DNA of 64,000 nucleotides from Macrostomum lignano (Eukaryota): NCBI GenBank assembly GCA_002269645.1, contig NIVC01003922.1, positions 1 to 64,000 of the forward strand, read 5' to 3'. Shown piece by piece: positions 59,596 to 64,000 of this stretch (position 1 is its first letter; each line of letters starts with the position of its first letter). The notes under the pieces were generated by a model. It saw only the letters and a program-made list of their open reading frames with translations, ran no database searches and was not told where the DNA came from. The position numbers and the translations under genes were made by a program.

Positions 59596-60652
59596 ATTGA
59601 CTGCCGAAACGTTTGGATTTGTTTGTTACTGCGTTGGCGTGTTCATTGGTTATATTTTCATTATTTTGCTTTAAAAATACCTTTAAAAGCGCATGCTGTC
59701 TACTGTAAGTAAGTGAATTTGATAACAACAGTCTGTTAAATTGTATTGATTGTGCTAGGACTTACTAAATTGTATGATTTTTAGGTAAGTTTGCAACATT
59801 CTCCCAATGAATATATTGTGGTCTTTATGACACTGCGCACTTTTCATCAACACACACTTGCTGTTCGTTGGCATTTAACCCTAATAAACCAATAATTAAT
59901 TAGGGCCTGCAGTGCTGCAGAATTCTGCCCGCGGAAATGAAATTCTGAAAAATTACACGCGCCTCAGTTATTTGGGCAAGTCTTGGACACAACTGCATTG
60001 CTGTGTGCAGTCATCACAACTCTATTAATAAATATCAGTGTTAAATAGTTCGATATCACAGAAGTCCTTGGGAGTACTATGGGAAGTACTATGGGACATA
60101 CATAGTACATACATAGGTGCATAGTCATTTATATATCAACCAGTTGATCGCAGGTCAAAATGGTTTATTCTGCAGTCTGCACTCGCTCGCGTGTTATACC
60201 AATATCATGCATCCCGACTGTAGAAGAATCCTGTGCCCCTCAGTTTTTTGTTTTCAACTCGCCGTGTTTGCGAATTGCGATAATTAAGTACTCGTTGTTT
60301 ATTGTTAGTTTTTATAAATGTCAACCAGAGGACAAAATTGTTCCGCCATTGATCAACTACAAAAATCTCCCTGACAACTGCATTAGTAGCGCTATGAAGA
60401 ATCTGAGTCTGGGTTTTTTGTGCGTATGCACCTTGAATTTTGAAATCGCACCCTGAAATTGAAAAAGTAGGTGCGGTCTCATGATCCATGCATTCTTCCC
60501 TTTAGTCTTTCCCTTTATACACTGCGTTAAAATAAGAAAAAAAAAACAAATTGCATTCTGAGCCTCAAAATCTCACTTTGAAATTGGGCATTAGGGTGCG
60601 ATTTTGCACCCTTGTCGCTGGCAAAAAACCCAGATCTGAGTGCGAAGGCCTG

Positions 60653-60752
60653 AATTTTTTTAAGCACGGACATTGCTATAGTTGAGCTTTAACTCATGTT
60701 GCTGTATATTTATATTATTATTACACATGTCCGTGTCCGTGCTTAAAAAATT
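60653..60752. repeat. ~100-bp inverted-repeat element TTAA|GCACGGACA...TGTCCGTGC|TTAA
   Basis: 17-19-bp arms around an AT-rich spacer. Confidence 0.6.
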
Positions 60753-60810
60753 TTGAGAGCTTCAGAAATGTTAAGAGCATGATGAAAAATCACGCTCAGG
60801 TGTCCTTACT

Positions 60811-61130
60811 CACCTGGTGCCACCTGTTGAAGGTGCCGACGGCGTCGGGGTGATGACTGAAGGCTCGAGAGACTAGCTGAGAATGTTCGGCAGTTGAGGT
60901 TTGCCCATTATTGAAGCTTGATAAGAAAAACCTGACATATTTTCAACAGAATGTCCATAGTCACCTGGTGCACCTGTTGAAGGTGCCGACGGCGTCGGGG
61001 TGATGACTGAATGCTTGACTGACTAGCTGAGGATGTCCAGCAGTTGATTTTTGCCCACTGTCGAGGCTTGATCAGCAAAACTAGAGAAATCCGCATCAGG
61101 GTGTCCATAGTCACCTGGTGCCACAGCTGT
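60811..61130 (-). repeat. ~151-bp tandem repeat (2 copies plus start of a third) ending at a minus-strand donor
   Basis: CACCTGGTGC at 60811, 60962 and 61112. CAG|GTGAGT on the minus strand at ~60812. Confidence 0.75.
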
Positions 61131-62547
61131 TGAGGGTCCAGAAGCTCCACCTGGGGAAGGCCAGTGACCATCGAAGTCAGAACTGATGCAGACACGTGGT
61201 CGACGTGCTGATGAAATTTGGAGACTTGGCAAGGCTGCACTGAGGCGCAGTGCTATTTGGCGCACAGGGGTGTACTGAATACACTAGCACTTATGGGAAA
61301 AATCCGACCTTCTGGCAGAATCGTCGAATATCTCGACGCTCCGGAGGGCTGGCGACTTGATTCTTGTTTGAGAAGGTGCGCAACAAAAAGTTAGCCCGTG
61401 TTCTTGAATTTCGTGTGCCTGCGTTGCTCCGTTCCGGCGCAGCAGAAAATTGTCGGGGGGGGGGGGGATTTTTCGCCCCTCTTGGTAGTTCGACGGGCGG
61501 AAAAATGACTTGGTATTCCTACTGTTAACAACCACGCTGGAAAAGAGATAGGAGAATCATGGATAGAGTTGGATTAAATCTACCACTTGTTGACCAACTG
61601 GTTTCTGAATGAAAACTTCATCATTTTACCATTTTACCTCTTAGTTCGCACAGTCTTGTTCAAAAGAAACGAGCAGGACTTCAATTCAAGCAATAAGAAA
61701 TCTCAGCGCTTGCGGAAATTCAATTCAAACGAAGTCCCTTTTCTATTGAAACAGATGAAATTCGATCTAGAGAAATTAGCCCTAGAGAGCCTTGATGATA
61801 GTCTGTCACTGTTGCTTATAATAGTATATTTCCGAGGCTGCTGCCCCACGATCTCTTCCTCGAATTCTGCTTCAACTTCATTGAGTTCATCCTCAGTCTT
61901 CTAGCAATTCGTCTTCAATCTGATCTTCAGCACTCATGTTGATTCTAGCTTCTCTATACCCTCTCCTCTCTACATTCCATTGCCCTCAGGTCATGCGCTG
62001 GGTTGTCTGGCCCTTATGGTAGCAATGTTTTCCGGCCCCTGGTCTAGCGCAATGAAACTGTTTATAGAATTGAGCATGGCAAATGCAATCTAAACTTGAG
62101 TTGCAGTCGGACAGGCAGGATTGTTTTCTTTGGCACGAAGCTTAGAAAAATAAAATGCAACGAAGACAATAGAAAGAGAGACCTGCGTGCGACCTAAAAA
62201 ATAAAAAATATTGCAGTAATTTTCTTGACAAGTTCCAGATTCAATGCCATGCATTTTGTGACCCTGGCCCTCGGCCCGAGCCACTTCAGTCTCACCATCA
62301 GGAGCCTCAAGGCTAGGTAGCATTGAGCAGGCTTGTATGAAAAAGAAAAAGCTCAGATGCTTACGTCTAGATGTCGCAAAATTTGCGCAGTCTCTGTATG
62401 CATTCAATTGCCTAATTGCTATGCCATTCAAGTTGAGAGGCCGGTTATGCATTGACCCACTCCCCGAAATTTAGGTTAAGAGCACGTTTTTTAGGGCTTT
62501 GTTTTGCAAGTAAGCAAAAACGTGCTCCCCGCCCCAGATTGCTTGTC

Positions 62548-62553
62548 TATAAA
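62548..62553 (+). promoter_or_regulatory. TATA box of the Arg-rich precursor gene
   Basis: TATAAA 92 nt upstream of the ATG. Confidence 0.7.
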
Positions 62554-62639
62554 TTCGACCGCCTCGAGCTCACAAGAGCCCCAAGACCCAAGACGGGATC
62601 GGCTCTGCAAAGCGAATCTCTCTGAATTCAGCAGCAGCC

Positions 62640-63092
62640 ATGAAGTGGCAGTTCGCCCTCGGTCTCCTCCTGTGCATGGCGCTGGCGGTCTACGCCAGCC
62701 CGGCTGAGCACAAAGAAGAAGACGAAAACCTCGAAAAGGTGTCCTCCTCCGCACTGGCCGATCTGGCCGAGCCCGACCAGGCCGAGCCCGACCTTGCCGA
62801 GTCCGACCTGGCCGAGCCCGACCTGGCCGAGTCCGAGTTGGCCGAGTCCGATGAGAGCACAAATCCGGAAGAAAAGCTCCGAATTAGGTTCGGCAGGCGG
62901 CGCTACTACCGCAGGCGCATCTTCCGCAGGCGCATCTTCCGTAGGCGCTTCTACCGCAGGCGCATCTTCCGCAGACGCATCTTCCGTAGGCGCTTCTACC
63001 GCAGGCGCATCTTCCGCAGGCGCATCTTCCGCAGGCGCATCTTCCGCAGGCGCATCTTCCGCAGGAGGCGCTGCTTCCGCTACCGCGGCTAA
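62640..63092 (+). CDS. Secreted prepropeptide: signal, acidic propiece, Arg-rich (RRRIF)n mature region; putative antimicrobial peptide
   Basis: 150 aa, intact, single exon. 19-aa signal-like segment, 60-aa propiece with 22 D/E, 71-aa C-terminus with 41 Arg and no D/E/K, terminal Gly. TATA, GCAGCCATG context and AATAAA are present. Confidence 0.88.
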   Translation: MKWQFALGLLLCMALAVYASPAEHKEEDENLEKVSSSALADLAEPDQAEPDLAESDLAEPDLAESELAESDESTNPEEKLRIRFGRRRYYRRRIFRRRIFRRRFYRRRIFRRRIFRRRFYRRRIFRRRIFRRRIFRRRIFRRRRCFRYRG

Positions 63093-63189
63093 ATGAACCG
63101 GATCGTTTTCTGACTGATCGCCTTGGACATTCTGACTAATCTTCTTTGACAAATAATCTTGACTAAAATCAATGACAAAATATCTCAGT

Positions 63190-63195
63190 AATAAA
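63190..63195 (+). terminator. Polyadenylation signal
   Basis: AATAAA ~100 nt after the stop codon. Confidence 0.7.
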
Positions 63196-63498
63196 TATCA
63201 GCTATAGTGACTGTTTAATATCCTGGATTTTGAAGTTTCGCCAAGCAAAATACACCCGGCAGTTTGAAAGCACAAGCGAATATTTTTCAATATTATAAAA
63301 ATATTCTCAGCATCTCTCTCCGCTCTTCCCTTTCTGGCCATGCTCAACTATTTGTGTTAGTGCGTTGTTTGAATTCATTAAATGCTAATAGAAACCACGC
63401 ACTCGTACTATAATAAAACATATATAGCTACGCGCATCAGAATGCTAAAAATCATCTTTTGGTTTAGTCTGAAGCTTTGATGTGTGTCTCAATAGCAA

Positions 63499-63700
63499 GG
63501 GGATTGTAGCCCAGTGGTCAGAGCGTCGGTCTCGCCACTTTAAGGTGGGGCTCTATTCCCGATCTAACTGAAACAGTTTGTGTCCTTAAGCAAGACACTT
63601 AACTCTGCATTGCTTCAGTTCACCCAGCTGTAAAATGGGTGCTAGCATTAGCTGGGGTAATTGAGGGTGTGTGTGGCGGCCCCAGTCCTTGGACTGAACA
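63499..63700 (+). mobile_element. tRNA-derived SINE with CORE/Deu-like central domain
   Basis: A box TAGCCCAGTGG, degenerate B box, then TGTGTCCTTAAGCAAGACACTTAAC and CACCCAGCTGTAAAATGGGT. Confidence 0.75.
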
Positions 63701-63785
63701 GCCGAACGCAGCCTTGAGATGCGCCGCGCAATAGCTGCGGTTGAGCTGTCGGTTGCACATCTGGCCCGAATGGGGCAGATGCAAA

Positions 63786-64000
63786 TCTCTACATATAAAA
63801 ATCAAAACTCTGTCTGTCTGTGTGTGGACAATTTTGTTCGCTATGGACTCACAAACCGCTCAACCAAATTACACCAAACTTTACACCACCCTAAACTTAC
63901 TACGGAGAATGTCTTAGGCTACCTTTTAATTTCCTAAATTTGAGTCTTCCTACCTAAAAGTGCAAAAAACTGCTCAAAATGCGCAATTTTTTCACTAAAT
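63786..64000 (+). mobile_element. 5' end of a non-autonomous Helitron
   Basis: A|TC start, TCTCTACATATAAAAAT, (TCTG)n microsatellite, then AACCGCTCAACCAAATT...AAACTT, the pattern typical of small animal Helitrons. Confidence 0.6.

Noticed and set aside
62628-63152. Antisense 174-aa (EDAPA)n ORF, and a protamine interpretation of the sense ORF
   Set aside because: The antisense ORF is the shadow of the repeat. A signal peptide and acidic propiece argue against a nuclear protamine.
63499-63570. tRNA gene
   Set aside because: The B box is degenerate, there is no full cloverleaf, and it continues into a SINE central domain.

Overview
Repeat-rich eukaryotic (invertebrate animal) DNA. GT-AG introns, tRNA-derived SINE, Polinton and minisatellite-filled introns are reminiscent of a free-living flatworm such as Macrostomum, but the organism is only an inference. 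Left to right: (1) 1-14222, a minus-strand Gypsy-type LTR element with ~2 kb LTRs, a tRNA-Leu PBS, PPT, gag and a -1 frameshifted protease. No RT/RNaseH is recognisable. Its 3' half carries a free-standing Ginger-like integrase, an unknown ~450-aa ORF, an antisense membrane-anchor exon and an array of copies of its own U5/PBS junction. (2) 14.7-19.2 kb, decayed divergent genes (CCHC/polyQ mini-gene; RPA70-like OB folds plus OTU protease), Helitron-like. (3) 20.3-27.7 kb, a decayed Polinton/adintovirus-like virus interrupted by an LTR. (4) 28-32.4 kb, satellites and duplicated blocks. (5) An intact 9-exon PICK1 gene whose larger introns each hold their own minisatellite. (6) 44-49.2 kb, decayed secreted lamin-tail-like and BEN-domain genes plus a mariner remnant. 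(7) A POLDIP3/SKAR-like spliced gene. (8) An intact single-exon gene for a secreted precursor with an acidic propiece and a 41-Arg (RRRIF)n mature region, a candidate new antimicrobial peptide, followed by a SINE and a Helitron 5' end. All domain calls come from motif recognition by eye; no searches were run.
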